This document shows positions 1-15,040 of a stretch of 64,000 nucleotides of DNA, piece by piece. Position 1 is the stretch's first letter, and each line of letters starts with the position of its first letter. A program made the translations under genes and the position numbers. The notes beneath the pieces were generated by a model that made no database searches, had not been told where the DNA came from, and saw only the letters and a program-made list of their open reading frames with translations. This stretch comes from Eledone cirrhosa (taxonomy: Eukaryota): positions 79,670,001 to 79,734,000 of the forward strand of contig OZ024744.1 of assembly GCA_964016885.1 (NCBI GenBank), written 5' to 3'.

Positions 1-269
1 ACACCACTACACACACACAATCTCACCTCACCATAACACTATCAATTGAACTGAATCCATAACCATGTGGTTTTAAAACAAACTTTTTAATCACATAACC
101 ATACTTGCTCCATATCATATATCATCATCATCACCTTTGCTGTTTTACATCCATTTTTCCCCCCGTGATTGCATTAGTTCACCTAACTAATTTTAAGTTC
201 TAATTAATAATTTTTTTTTTGTGTTTGTTTTTTTTAAATTAGCTATCTGTTTTTATATATTATTTGCAG

Positions 270-496
270 GAACCCAAATGTTGATGATGAATCCCACATT
301 TACTTCACAGACAACCGATGTACACAACACAGCTTCGACTTCCCAGTTTAACATTTTGCAACACCCTGTCACCATCCAACAGCCCGTACAACAACAGTTT
401 TTGCCTTTCCAAATACTTCCCACTACCTCTGGACAAATCCTGCGTCAATCACCCAGCTCCAGTACACCAAATGTACACCAACAACCACAGCAGTGA
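270..496 (+). CDS. Probable terminal coding exon of an upstream gene, Q/S/T/P-rich low-complexity C-terminus
   Basis: T-rich tract and tttgcAG acceptor ending at 269; open frame (G)TQMLMMNPTFTSQ...HQQPQQ* ends at TGA 494-496; higher GC than the flanks. No family recognised. Confidence 0.55.
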
Positions 497-537
497 TATA
501 TTGTTGCATTGTCAAATAGTGCTTGGAATTTTATGGA

Positions 538-2792
<2,255 letters not shown>

Positions 2793-2867
2793 TCACGCAC
2801 ACACGTGCATATGTACATACACACACGCATTATATATCACTGTGCATTTATATCTTGGTAAATACAA

Positions 2868-2902
<35 letters not shown>

Positions 2903-3257
2903 TACACACACATGCGCATGTATATTATATCTGCATGTGCGTATGTGTATGTATATATGGGAAACTTTGTGTGTGTTGTGTGTATGTGTACATACATGTA
3001 TGTATATGAGAGTGTATATATATATGTGTGTATGTGTGTGTATAAATATACATTGTGTGTACGACAAATCTTTATGATAAACTAGTCTTTAAACGTTATA
3101 GTTTGAAAAGTAAGCCAAAGTCAAGCCTTGGCAAAAATATCATCATATACAGATATAGGCATAAATACACACATACAGATTATTCATAAACTCATGTATA
3201 GGCACACTTGAAAATTTAAAACGTATTTAGTAGTGGTGAAAAGTTTGTCTAATTTGG

Positions 3258-3375
3258 AACTACTACTAACACCACTACAACTACTATTACTACTGCCTCC
3301 ACAACAGCTACCACCACAACTACTATTACTACTGCCTCCACAACAGCTACCACCACTACTACTACTACTACTACT
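3258..3375. repeat. (ACT)n/(ACC)n trinucleotide repeat with a ~39-bp tandem duplication
   Basis: ctactattactactgcctccacaacagctaccaccac occurs twice, followed by (ACT)n. Confidence 0.85.
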
Positions 3376-3731
3376 TAGAAGAAGAATATAACAGTAGAGG
3401 AATATTAAAGGGAAAAATTATCTAATATTACCTCTACATTAATTTAAAATATTTCCTTTACACCATATTAAAATGTAATAATATTTAGCTATTTTTTTTT
3501 CTTGGTTTGTTCATACTTGCACATATACATACATGCAAGTTGCTTGTACATTCTATTATATACACTATCAAAAGCGCAGTGTGTCCAGATATATCTTTTA
3601 TACATTACTTATAAGGTAAGAAGAAGAAAAAGAAGAATTTCAAACTTTTTGCAGCTGAATCACTTTATCTAAAAACATCTTTACATTTTTGTACTCTTCA
3701 GGAAATTTTTATTGTTATCAAAAATTTATTA

Positions 3732-3827
<96 letters not shown>

Positions 3828-3965
3828 TATATATATATACACAAACACACACACCCATATATATATATATATATACACACATATATATCCAGACACAGAG
3901 AAAAATGAGTCTTCTTCCACACAAGTAGAAATATAGAAAAAAAATTATCTTGAAAATGCACCCAG

Positions 3966-4182
3966 AACCTTTAGCATTTAAACTGGCCATATCTGGCCAG
4001 AATTCTCTCACCTCTTTCTTTTCAAACTGGCCATTACTGGCTGCTCATACTTATGTTAAGTTATTGTTCTCAAAATAAATAATATCAAAATCTCATAGAT
4101 GATGTGAGATAAATATGTGAAGTAAAGCCTTTACCGTGAAAATATAGTAGTAAATAGAGTAAAGTAAATGGTAAAGGGTTAA
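3966..4182 (+). mobile_element. TTAA-flanked piggyBac-like MITE, family A (~200-220 bp)
   Basis: Family ends are TTAACCCTTTAGCATTTA...TAAATGCTAAAGGGTTAA; the same body recurs at 10942, 11060, 12878, 18671, 21772 (-), ~23821, 26827 and 52020. Confidence 0.8.
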
Positions 4183-4308
4183 ATCATATTTACAGTATCG
4201 AAGTATAGAAATATATTAAAGGATTTTGTGTGCATTGTCAGCTTCAATAATACACTGGGATAATTGCTGGCCTTGTGCCAAAAGTAGAAACAATTATATA
4301 TATATATC

Positions 4309-4510
4309 TTTTAAAACCCTCATGCTTCCCGAAATTCGCCAAAATTACACCTGATGTACCCCTTCCATACACATGCACACATGTGTATATCATGACTCAT
4401 GCACTGTTCATTTTCCTGACGTTTGTACATTACCCTATGTACTATACATACACTTTTTGATGAGTTGTAGTGCACCTGAGCACTGTACACAATATTTCAT
4501 TATTATTATT
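4309..4510 (+). mobile_element. 3' end/3'UTR of a CR1-group LINE with (ATT)n tail
   Basis: Near-identical to the reverse complement of ~13258-13455, which is contiguous with a CR1-type ORF2 C-terminus. Confidence 0.75.
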
Positions 4511-4609
4511 ATATATATATATCTGTGTGTGTAAATATATATGTATGCGTGTGTGTGGGTGTAAAAATATATGTATATATATATACATATATATATATAT
4601 AGATGTAAA

Positions 4610-4666
<57 letters not shown>

Positions 4667-4885
4667 ATATATATATATATGTGTGTGTATGTGTGTCTAT
4701 ATATATGTATGTGTGTCTATATATATATATGTATGTGTGTCTATATATATATGTATGTGTGTCTATATATATATATATATGTAAAGATATATATATATAT
4801 ATATGTAAAGATATATGTATATATATTCATATGAATATATATATGTGTATATATATTCATATAAATATATATATGTGTGTGTGTT

Positions 4886-5200
4886 AGACTTACGATCATA
4901 ATGTCATGGGTTTGATTCCTGGGCTGGTGTGTTCTTAAGCAAAACACTTCATTTCACATTGCTCCAGTATATTCACCTGAAAGTGAGTACCAGCAATAGC
5001 TGTGTGTTGTGTTCTTGAGCAAGACGCTTCATTTCATGTTGCCCCAGTATATTCAGCTGAAAATGAGTACCAGCAATAGCTGGGGGTTTAACCCTGCGAT
5101 TGACTGGCGTCCTGTCCAGGTGGAGTCTTGTACTCTCAGTCGCTTCACACCAGGAAACCAGGATAAGCACCGGCCAAATGAGCCTCTGGTTTAAGACACA
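4886..5200 (+). mobile_element. tRNA-derived SINE with CORE-like and V-like segments (internal duplication of the CORE part)
   Basis: B-box-like ggtttgattcc, CORE-like tgttcttgagcaagacgcttcatttc, then cctgcgattgactggcgtcctgtccagg; paralog at 8987-9256. Confidence 0.7.
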
Positions 5201-5212
5201 CTTTGGAGTTTA

Positions 5213-5232
5213 GATATTATATTTATATATAT

Positions 5233-5264
<32 letters not shown>

Positions 5265-5952
5265 ATATAATATATATTATAGATATTATAGATATTATAT
5301 ATATATATAAATATATAAATATATATATATTATAGATATTATATTTATATATAAATATATAAATATATATATTATTATAGATATTATATATATAATATAT
5401 ATATATTATATATATATATATGTATATATTATATATTATATTATATGTATATATTATATTGTATTATATGTATATAAATCATATATATATATATATATTA
5501 TATATATGTATATATATATTATATATATGTATATATATATATTATATATATGTATATATATTATATATATATATGTATATAAATCATATATATATGTATA
5601 TAAATCATATATATATTATATATATGTATATATATTATATATATGTATATATATATTATATATATGTATAAATATATGTATATATATATATTATATATAT
5701 GTATATATATATATTATATATATGTATATTTATATATATATATTATATACATGTATATATATATTATATATATGTATATATATATATTATATATATGTAT
5801 ATATATATTATATATTATATATATATTATATATATGTATATTATATATATATTATATATATGTATATATATATTATATATATATATATAATATATATGTA
5901 TATATATATACATATATATTATATATTATATATGTATATATTATATATATAT
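5213..5952. repeat. AT-rich micro/minisatellite (tattatatatatgtatatata-like unit)
   Basis: Recurrent ~20-bp AT/GT variant units seen directly. Confidence 0.9.
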
Positions 5953-6134
5953 AGTGTCATCACAGATTTTTCCAATTTTTAATGGCATTATTCTTTTTTT
6001 CATTCTTCTTCAGAAGTTGTTATTCCTCTCTTGGTTTAATGTCATATTTTTTTAAAAGGAAAAGCTTTGATCTCATTCTTTTGTAAAATTCAGGAAATAG
6101 CAAAACTATTGTATCATATTTTTCTACTCTTTCA

Positions 6135-6320
6135 CTTTTTTTTCTTTTGTTCTTTCTTTCTTTCTTTTTCTTTTGTTCTTTCTTTCTTTTTTCTTTTTCT
6201 TTCTCTCTTTCTTTCATTCATTCTTTCTTTCTTTCATTCATTCTTTCTTTCTTTCATTCATTCTTTCTTTCTTTTTCTTCCTCTCTTTCTTTCGTTCTTT
6301 CTCTCTATTTTTTTTTTTTT
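6135..6320. repeat. (CTTT)n/(CATT)n polypyrimidine microsatellite
   Basis: Seen directly in the sequence. Confidence 0.9.
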
Positions 6321-7789
6321 TCAGTTTCCAGAATTAATTTTTAATATTATATCAGCCACTATTTCATTTTCAATTAGAATAATGGTTTGTTTTTCTTAAT
6401 TTTTAATTTAATTTTTTCATTTTTAATTTATAGTTTTAAATGACATTTAAAACATACAATTTAAAACACACCAAATTGCCAATTAAATTCTAAGATATAT
6501 AGAATGAAAACAAGGACAATGAGAGATAGGGGGGGGGGGGGGGGGTGAGATGTGAGTAAGTGTGTGTAGGAAAGTAAATGTTATGTGAGATATTTTCACC
6601 ATATTTGAAATATTATATAAACGATATATTTGACATATTATGCATTCAATCATTTAAATATTGGTCAGTTGCAAAGCTTGGCATCTCTCACTATGTTTTC
6701 ATAATCTGGTATTAAAAAAACACAAACACACACATACAAAAGAAAAATGTCCATTTTTACCCTACGAGGCCTAATTACAGTTAAAGAAAGGTCCCAAGAT
6801 GGGGGTGGGTGGGGTGAGGAGAAGTAATGGGCATCATTACCAGGAATGTAGCACAAAAGAATCATAAATAACGTTTGTTGATGCTACATTACTCCTACTG
6901 CTACTACTATTATTAATAATAATAATATTAATAATAATGATGATGAAATAATATTATTAATGATGATGATCAGACATTGTGTTGAGGTAAAACACACACA
7001 CGTAGATATGAGATATATTAAAGTTGTTTTGAGAATTTCTGTTGACAATTCATGAAGTTTTTAAATTTTTAATGTTAAGAATTATGGAGGTTAAAAAAAA
7101 AAGTTTCATAATTGCATTTCTTTGCCTCTGTGTGCTATATATATGTGTACGCATGTGAGTTTTTACTGTATGGATGTGTGGTGTGTGTGTGTGTGTGTGT
7201 GTGTGCATATTTATGTACGTATATGCATGTACGTGTGTGTGTATATATGTATATACACATGTGCTATATATACATAGAAAAAAAAAATCCTCTAAAATTT
7301 GTTAAGTTTATAAAGTATATTCATATTTTGAATGATTAAAAAAAAAAATCTCCCCTTCCCCAACCAGAAAAAATATAACAAAGAATTTTTAAAAAAATCT
7401 TTAAATCTTCCCCACCGCCAGTCCCCATGAATTCTTCCTGTAATTTACCATTATGAAACGTTACATTATAATATTAAATTGCTATTAAAAAAAAAAATAT
7501 TGTTAACATAAGATCTTTATTGAAAGTTGATATCTTGTTACAAACTTTGTTAGTCCAACCAACCAACCAATAACTATATCTATGTATTATTAGTTATATA
7601 AAACAATCTGGTATGAGCGATATTCTGTCAAAATCTGATATTTCTGATATTCTATTAAAATCTGACAATAAATTGCCAACCCTTACATTTAAAAAAAAAA
7701 AGAAAGAAAAATGGCACTTGATAATATATATATATATTTTTTTTAAAATGTGTTCTTTTTAAATTTATACATAGAAACCCACAACCATA

Positions 7790-8057
7790 CACACAGATAT
7801 ATATATATATATATACATATATATTGTACACACATACATATTATATATATATGTATATGTATATATATTTATATATATATATATATATTATATATACGTA
7901 TATTATATATTATACATATATATATGTGTATAATGTATATAATACATATATAATGTATATATATGTGTGTGTGTATATATATGTGTGTATGTATATGTGT
8001 ATATATATATGTGTGTATGTATATGTGTATATATATGTGTGTGTATACATATGTATG

Positions 8058-8107
<50 letters not shown>
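7790..8107. repeat. (AT)n/(GT)n compound microsatellite
   Basis: Seen directly in the sequence. Confidence 0.9.
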
Positions 8108-8112
<5 letters not shown>

Positions 8113-8709
8113 CTTTTGACCTTTAAATCATTTGAAGTCTGTAAAAGCAACTAGCAGCACAATATTGTCAACAACAATAACAACTAATAGTAAATATTTC
8201 CCTCCCCACACACTAATGTACGTTTTTTTTTAACTTATAAACTTCAGTATAATTTCAAATCATAATCACATGTAGTGTCCATTACACATTACTCTGGGTT
8301 AACACATTTAACATGTTGCTGTGAGCTGTGTCAGGGTTGCATATATATATATATATAAACAAAAGTATGGTTGACTCTTTAAGGTCGATGTAGTACAGAA
8401 TATTTTGTAAACGACTAACATGCATTAACAACAGTACTGTGGGCCTGTATAAAGGGTTACACATGTTAACAACAGGGTTTATAATGAGAATATTTATATG
8501 GTGTGTTAGTAGTAGTAAGAAGAAAGATACATACAGCTGCCTTACTGGCAGAAGGGTTTACAATTAGCATAGTTATGTGAATATTAAATAATTATTTAGG
8601 AGAAATGAATAAAATAATCAATTGGCTTATTTTAACAAATTAAGCAATTAAACAAATAAATTATATTTCTGTAAATTCAAATATTTAAAAAAATTAAATG
8701 TATAAATAC

Positions 8710-8930
8710 TACGGGCATGTGGTGAGAATGTCTAAGGAAAGAGTTGGTAGCTAGATTTTACAGGCAAAACCAACTGGCAGGTGATCCAGGGCAAGATGTT
8801 TGCATGTTATCCATGAGCATGCTGGTCTCACATGGAGATCCAACGGAATCAATTGGAGATGGTTGCTTCTGACAAGACCCACTGGAAGCCATAACTGAGG
8901 ACCCAGGAATAAGTGGAGGAAGAAATAAAT
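8710..8930 (+). mobile_element. Degenerate RTE-clade LINE 3' fragment
   Basis: Translates to YGHVVRMSKERVGS*ILQAKPTGR*SRAR, matching the RTE ORF C-terminal pattern GHV.RM...R....G.R.RGR. Confidence 0.65.
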
Positions 8931-8986
8931 AGATAATTATTACATTGAATTTTTATTTTATTTTAACTCTGGCACTTAATATTGTG

Positions 8987-9256
8987 TGGAGGCAAATGAC
9001 CTTGTGGACTTACGCTCATAAAGTCATAGGTTCGATTCCTGGGCTGGGTTGTGTGTTGTGTTCTTGAGCAAGACGCTTCATTTCATGTTGCCCCAGTATA
9101 CTCAGCTGAAAATGACTATCAGCAATAGCTGGGGGTTTAACTCTGCGATGGACTGGCATCCTGTTCAGAGGGAAGTCTTGTACTCTCAGTCACTTCACGC
9201 CATGAAACCGGAATAAGCACTGGCCTAACAAACCTTAAATGGCTTAAAACAGACTT
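8987..9256 (+). mobile_element. tRNA-derived CORE/V-like SINE
   Basis: B box GGTTCGATTCC; homologous to 4886-5200. Confidence 0.75.
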
Positions 9257-9329
9257 AATATTGTAGTGTCAACATTACCAGATCAATTTCATTAAAAGTA
9301 CCACAACAGTTTAAAGAAACGGGACTGTG

Positions 9330-9622
9330 TTAGAATATAGCCTGAAACGATAAGTTTCCAACAGCTCCAGTTGATTCCATGAACAGAACTGCTTGCTCAT
9401 GAAATTAACATGCAAGTGGCTGAAAGTTCTCTAGACACGTGCATCCTTAACATAGTTCTCAGGGAGATTCAGCATGTGACATGGCTGGCCCCTTCAGTTA
9501 CAGGTAAAATAGACTTTTTGCCAGCTGTGTTGACTGGAGCACTGTGAAATAAAGTGTCTTGCTCAAGGACACAACATGCCTCTCAGTCTGGGAATCAGAC
9601 ACTTTAACCACTAAGTCACATG

Positions 9623-9624
<2 letters not shown>
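9330..9624 (-). mobile_element. CORE-type SINE, reverse orientation
   Basis: gaaataaagtgtcttgctcaaggacacaac is the reverse complement of the CORE-like motif; related copies at ~19125-19410, 25797-26050 (+) and 51776-52338. Confidence 0.65.
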
Positions 9625-9661
<37 letters not shown>

Positions 9662-10941
9662 TAAATTTAAACAATATACAAAAAATTAATCCATTTCATA
9701 TATCAAAATGAGAAACTATTACTATTATATAGAAAACAAATAATAAATGTACACACTTAAAGATAGAATCAAGCCAAAATCGCCATATTTAAGTGATTAC
9801 ATTTGTTATTTGTTCTATATATATATATATATAACAATCAGTGTATGTCAACAGGTTAAAATTAGCTTCATTTATTCATAGTCGCTGGTATATATATTTT
9901 TTGGTGATGACCATTATGCAACAGCTATAACCTCATCTGATAGCTAGAATTTAGAATTTGAACAGAAAAATCAGAAAAACATAACAATGGAATAAAACTA
10001 ACTTCTATTATTTCAAATCTTTTATATGCGCAGTGCTGAAGTTTGGTGTTGTTTTCTCAAATCACTGGTCACACATATATATATGTACATAATACTAGTA
10101 ATTTCTCAACCTAATATATGAAAAAGATTTTTTTAATATGGTTTAAATTTGTATAATTAATGCTCATTGAACTTTCTTTGTTGAGTAACATAATCAATAT
10201 ATATCTTATATGTAAAGACTAAACCTAATTATAGTAAATATATATGTGTGTATGTATATATGGATTACCTGTAGGTCAGGTCACTTTTAGTTTATTTAGT
10301 TGACAATTCAATATGATTGAGATTCAATAGGATTCTTACATTAAAAAAATATGATTTTAAAGTCACAAATTCTATTAGAAAATATCTCAAAATGAAAAAT
10401 GTTGCTAGTTTCAAAATATATAAGGATTGCCTGTAGTTTGATTATGATTTAATTAGTTGATAATTTAATATGATATTCAATAGAATTTTTACCTTTTAAA
10501 AATGAATATTTTAAAATAGCAATTAACTGAAATGGAGGGAGGAAAAAAGGTGCTATGTAGGCCTAAAATGTAGCATAATTTGCTAGTTGTAACCCATTTT
10601 GACAAACTAATCTGGCCCAGTATACCTTACCTGCTGTGAATCGACTCAATAATGAACTGAAGTTTAACTAGATGCTAAACTGAGCAAAGAATATATGTTT
10701 ATATTTTTTAAACTGTGATGTATTAAATGATGTTTACCTTCTTATTTGTCATTTGTTTATCTGAATTTGGTGAAATAATATAACATCTATATGAATATTA
10801 TTTGGCAGAAAAAAAAAAAGAGTTCTTGATAAAATTGCCTTGCACTATTTTAGTTACATCCTGTTGTGTGGTGAGTTAAAATCATGTTGGGGTTTGATGT
10901 TTATTTACATTTCTCTGGAGGGTTGTTGGTAAAATGCATAT

Positions 10942-11259
10942 TTAACCCTTTAGCATTTAAATCAGCTGTATCTGGCCAGAATTCACTCACCTCTTTCTGT
11001 TCAAACTGGCCAACCACTAGGTGCTTTTATTATGTAGATCAGCAGCACTTGTTTATACCTTAACTCTTTAGCATTTAAACCAGCCGTATCTGTCCAGAAT
11101 TGTCTTACCTCTTTCTGTTCAAACTGGCCATAACTGGCCACTCATCAGGTATTGTTCCTAAAATAAATAATATCAAAATCTCATAGATTTGATATTATGT
11201 AAGATAAAGCCTTTACTTCAAAAATACAATAGTAAATATAGAGTAATGTAAAGGGTTAA
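10942..11259 (+). mobile_element. Two tandem family-A TTAA MITEs (partial 10942-11011; full 11060-11259)
   Basis: TTAACCCTTTAGCATTT 5' termini; the second copy ends AAAGGGTTAA. Confidence 0.8.
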
Positions 11260-11340
11260 GAGCAATAAGACAATATAACATTATCTTTGGCTTCTGCCAA
11301 AGTTTTGAAATCAATATTATAATTATTGTTTAAGTATTTA

Positions 11341-11610
11341 TTAACCTTTTGTTACCATATTTCTAATAGAACACACAGCCCATGTGTTTCAATTTATCTT
11401 TAAAAATTAAAATAATGAAAAATTTGAAATAATTTAATAATATAACTTAACTTTTTTCATATTTAAGCGTTTGGAACGTTACTTAACAAAGGTTATTACA
11501 TAAAATTATGTGGAAGGTCTTTTTTTTTTAAATGTGAACATTTTTAAATGAGAAATTTTGAATCATAAAACCATGGGCAGTTTCTGAAGGGTTGGTATCA
11601 AAAGGGTTAA
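11341..11610 (+). mobile_element. TTAA-flanked piggyBac-like MITE, family B
   Basis: TTAACCTTTTGTTACC...GGTATCAAAAGGGTTAA terminal inverted repeats; related ends at ~16292, 17327 and 28223. Confidence 0.7.
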
Positions 11611-12002
11611 TTCATCCTCATTATATTCATAAGTTAATTTAAGATATAAAAAAGAATATTAACTTAAAACTTCAATGTTTTACTTTTGAGGTTATTTCTG
11701 TATCCATATTCATAAAAAACTACATGAAGTTGGTGTTGTTTAGCCACAGGCTAGCCATGATCATGCATACCTGTGATCAAAGGCATACTAACTGTGGCCA
11801 TCCTGTTTTGTTTGGGGTTATCTTGAAAGACCACATTATCTAATGTATGCTTTTTTTAAAAAATAGTAGGGAAATTTGGTTACTGTATCTAACAGATTGA
11901 GCAACTGTAGAGGCTCCATTGATGTAATTAAATGGTAAAAAAAAACAAAAAAAAACAGTTACATGAAACTTGAAAATATGAGAGATCCAATTGCAGAAAA
12001 TA

Positions 12003-12187
12003 ATAATTGTTTCTACTTTAGGCACAAGGCCATCAAATTACCCAGTAAATTACTGGTACTTTATTTTACCCCGTAAGGATGAAAGGCAAAGTTAACCTCG
12101 GTGGGATTTGAACTCAGACCGTAAAGGGAGGATGTAACTATGCTGGAAAGCATGGCGTCCGACTCTCTACCGATACTGCCAATCCAC
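12003..12187 (-). mobile_element. tRNA-derived SINE, family M (Meta-domain-like), ~185 bp
   Basis: Sense strand shows A box TGGCAGTATCGG, B box GAGTTCAAATCC, central GCCTTTCATCCTTACGGGGT..AAAATAAAGTACCAG and tail ...CTTGTGCCTAAAGTAGAAACAATTATTA. Confidence 0.8.
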
Positions 12188-12877
12188 AATAGTAACAATT
12201 GATCATTATAGATCAGGCAAAAGCAACCTTTTTTTAAAATAGAACTCATCCATAAGGCAGGCCACACTACTAAAAAAATTCATGGTAATTTTTTGTTAGA
12301 CATGCCATTCAGAAAGCCAAACAGGTTGAAGTTTGTCCATGACTGCTATAGATAATAGTAATTTACCCAATTTTCTCAATTATTATTCATAGTGATAAAC
12401 TATTATTACAGTTATTTTCTGCACTTGGGACTCTCCCGTTAAATTTCAAATACTTACAGTGTTTCAATAATTTATAAGGTATAGTATAAGTGTAGCATTG
12501 TAAAAGAAAGATGGGAATAAGTGTCAGTCGCTCCTTGGTGTACTGGTAATACACTTTCATGGTATTCAAGAGATACAGGGTTCAATACCTCTTAGGCACT
12601 TCTATCTGCTTTTTTTTTCTATTTCTGACAGTAATTCACCCAATTTTCTCAACTATTATCTCTGGGGATTGACTGTTATTGCAATTATTTTCTGCATTTA
12701 GGACTCTCACATTGTCAAACACTAATCATCCAGTTCTTGGATAATTAGTTTTATCTTTTTTTTTTTAAATATTAGTTTATTTGGTTGAGACAGTTGGCCC
12801 CTTTCACCTGCGTTGCTTTCTTCATATTCCAACAAACAGAAGTAAACTTTTTTTTGTTTTGTTTTTTATAGGTATCT

Positions 12878-13054
12878 TTGACCCTTTAGCATTTAAACCG
12901 GCCGTATCCTGCCAGAATTCTTTCACTTCTGTCTGTTCAAACTGGCCATAACTGGCCACTCATACTGATGATATGGTATTGTTCTCAAAATAAATCTCGT
13001 AGTTTCGATATTATGTGAGATAAAGCCTTTACTGTGACAAAAATAAATATAGAG
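12878..13054 (+). mobile_element. Family-A TTAA MITE interrupted near its 3' end by a SINE
   Basis: MITE body runs to ...aaatatagagtaat, where a SINE begins; TAGAGTAATA is duplicated on both sides of the SINE. Confidence 0.75.
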
Positions 13055-13247
13055 TAATAATTGTTTCTACTTTAGGCACAAGGCCAGCAATTACCGAGTG
13101 CATTACTGGTACTTTATTTTATCGACCCCGTAAGGATGAAAGGCAAAGTTAACCTCAGCGGGATTCGAACTCAGAATGGCAAGGGCCGTAACTCTATGTG
13201 TCAAAGCTTGGCGTCCAACCCTCTACCGGTACTGCCAATCCACCGCC
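13055..13247 (-). mobile_element. Family-M SINE with TSD TAGAGTAATA
   Basis: Full A/B-box head; TSD at 13050-13059 and 13248-13257. Confidence 0.85.
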
Positions 13248-13257
13248 TAGAGTAATA

Positions 13258-13660
13258 ATAATAATGAAAATATTGTGTACAGTGCTCAGGTGCACTACAA
13301 CTCATCAAAGTGTATGTATAGTACATAGGGTAATGTACAAACGTCAGGAAAATGAACAGTGCATGAGTCATGATATACACATGTGTGCATGTGTATAGAA
13401 GGGGGACATCAGGTGTAGTTTTGGCGAATTTTGAGAAGCATGAGGGTTTTAAAGGATGCAGTGTCTCGGCAGCTAACAACTGACGCAGGTAGTTTGTTCC
13501 ATGCTTCAGCAACTCTAAGCGTGAAAAAATGTTTCCGAAAGTCATGGGAGCTGTGCTGTTTTATGACTTTGTAGGCATGTCCACGTGTGTTAGACACATG
13601 GAGATCAAAGAGGTGCTCAGGGTTGTTGGCGAGATGGTTAATAACAGGGATAATGTATTT
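13258..13660 (-). mobile_element. 5'-truncated CR1-group LINE (ORF2 C-terminus plus 3'UTR)
   Basis: ORF 13409..13708 contains TRGHAYKV...RKHFFTLRVAEAWNKLPASVV...ASFK, the typical CR1/L2-type C-terminus. Confidence 0.85.
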
Positions 13661-13865
13661 ACTAGCACAAGTGAATCCAAATTTTACCCAGTTGCTGGTT
13701 CTATCCATGTCTGTCAGTTCAACCTCCCAATGTCTTTTGTCATTTTAAGATTATGCAAAACTTATTTACAGGAATTATCAGATTAGTTTATTAAACCAAA
13801 AAACTAATCTGTGAAAGTATGTTATTTACAAACATAATAATAGTAATAATAATAATAATAATAAT

Positions 13866-14193
13866 ACAATCCCCACGGATGACAATATATCTTCCAGGGA
13901 AATAGAGAAACTTTCCAAATATAAAAATCTAGAGATAGAAATAACTCAAATGGGGAAAATGAAAACAGAAACAATACCTATAATAATAGGTGCTCTAGGA
14001 ATGATAAAAAAACACAGACAAATACATAGCCGAAAATCCCAGGACTTATACAGCATACAAAAGATAGCACTACTAGGTACTGCACACATATTAGGAAAAG
14101 TACTATCAATACAATAGAACAACATCAGCAAGAGCTACACTGCTCATACCCAAGGCGCACAGAACTGTGCTCAATAAAGCATTGATGGTGCGC
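13866..14193 (+). mobile_element. R4/Dong-like non-LTR retrotransposon 3' fragment (restriction-like endonuclease C-terminus) in (TAA)n
   Basis: 13866-14117 reads open: TIPTDDNISSREIEKLSKYKNLEIEITQMGKMKTETIPIIIGALGMIKK...IQKIALLGTAHILGKVLSIQ*; (TAA)n on both sides. Confidence 0.8.
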
Positions 14194-14209
14194 AATAATA
14201 ATAATAATG

Positions 14210-14500
14210 ATACCAGTGATACTCGGTGCACTTGTAATGATAACAAAGAGAACAGAAAAGTATTTGGAAGCCATCTCTGCAAGAGATACAGAAAAGAGTG
14301 TTAACAGGCACTGTCTATGCTGAGTAAGGCATTATCAATTTAAATATCTTGTAAAGACATTTACTATTTTCTTTATGCCTTTATGGTATCATTTGTATTC
14401 CAATTGATTGTTAAATATGTATATTACCAAATTTTGCCTAAGGTATCAGGTTGACACTTGACAAGATATGGGAAAGAAGCAGAATTCAAATGAAGTTTTA
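14210..14500 (+). mobile_element. Second, divergent R4/Dong-like 3' fragment
   Basis: IPVILGALVMITKRTEKYLEAI / LQEIQKRVLTGT (frameshifted), then a probable 3'UTR and (TAA)n. Confidence 0.6.
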
Positions 14501-14502
14501 CA

Positions 14503-15040
14503 TAATAATAATTGTTTCTACGTTAGGCACAAGGCCAGCAATTACCCAGTACATTACTGGTACTTTATTTTATCGACCCCGTAAGGATGAAAGGGTTTTA
14601 CATAATAATAATAATGGTTTCTTATATAGGTGCAAGGCCAGCAGTTTGGGAGGAGGGGGAAAGTTGATTAAATCGACCCTAATGCATGACTGGTACTTTA
14701 TTTTATCGACCCTATAAGGATGAAAGGCAAAACTGACCTCGGCGGGATTTGAACTCAGAATGTAAAGGGTTGTAACCCTATGCCGCGAAGCAGGGTGACA
14801 GACGCTCTAACAATACTGCCAACCCACAACGCTTAATAAAAGTTGTTTCTACTTCAGGCACAAGGCCAGCAATTTAAGGGGAGAGGAAAGTCGATTAAAT
14901 CGACCCCCAGTACATTACTGCTACTTTATTTTATTGACCCCATAAGGACGAGAGGTAAAGTTAACCTCGACAAGATTTGAACTCAGAACGTAAAGCACGG
15001 TGTCCAACGCTCTAATGATTCTGCCAATCCACGGTGCTTA
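14503..15040 (-). mobile_element. Cluster of three family-M SINE copies or variants
   Basis: Repeated ggcacaaggccagcaatt...atcgacccc..aggatgaaaggcaaa..ggatttgaactcag segments separated by (TAA)n. Confidence 0.8.

Noticed and set aside
12003-12187. tRNA genes suggested by A/B boxes
   Set aside because: The boxes belong to multi-copy SINE heads with TSDs and tails; no cloverleaf is evident.
12290-12830. Possible decayed retroelement RT fragment on the minus strand with an ~80-bp direct duplication
   Set aside because: Motif similarity is too weak to assign by eye.
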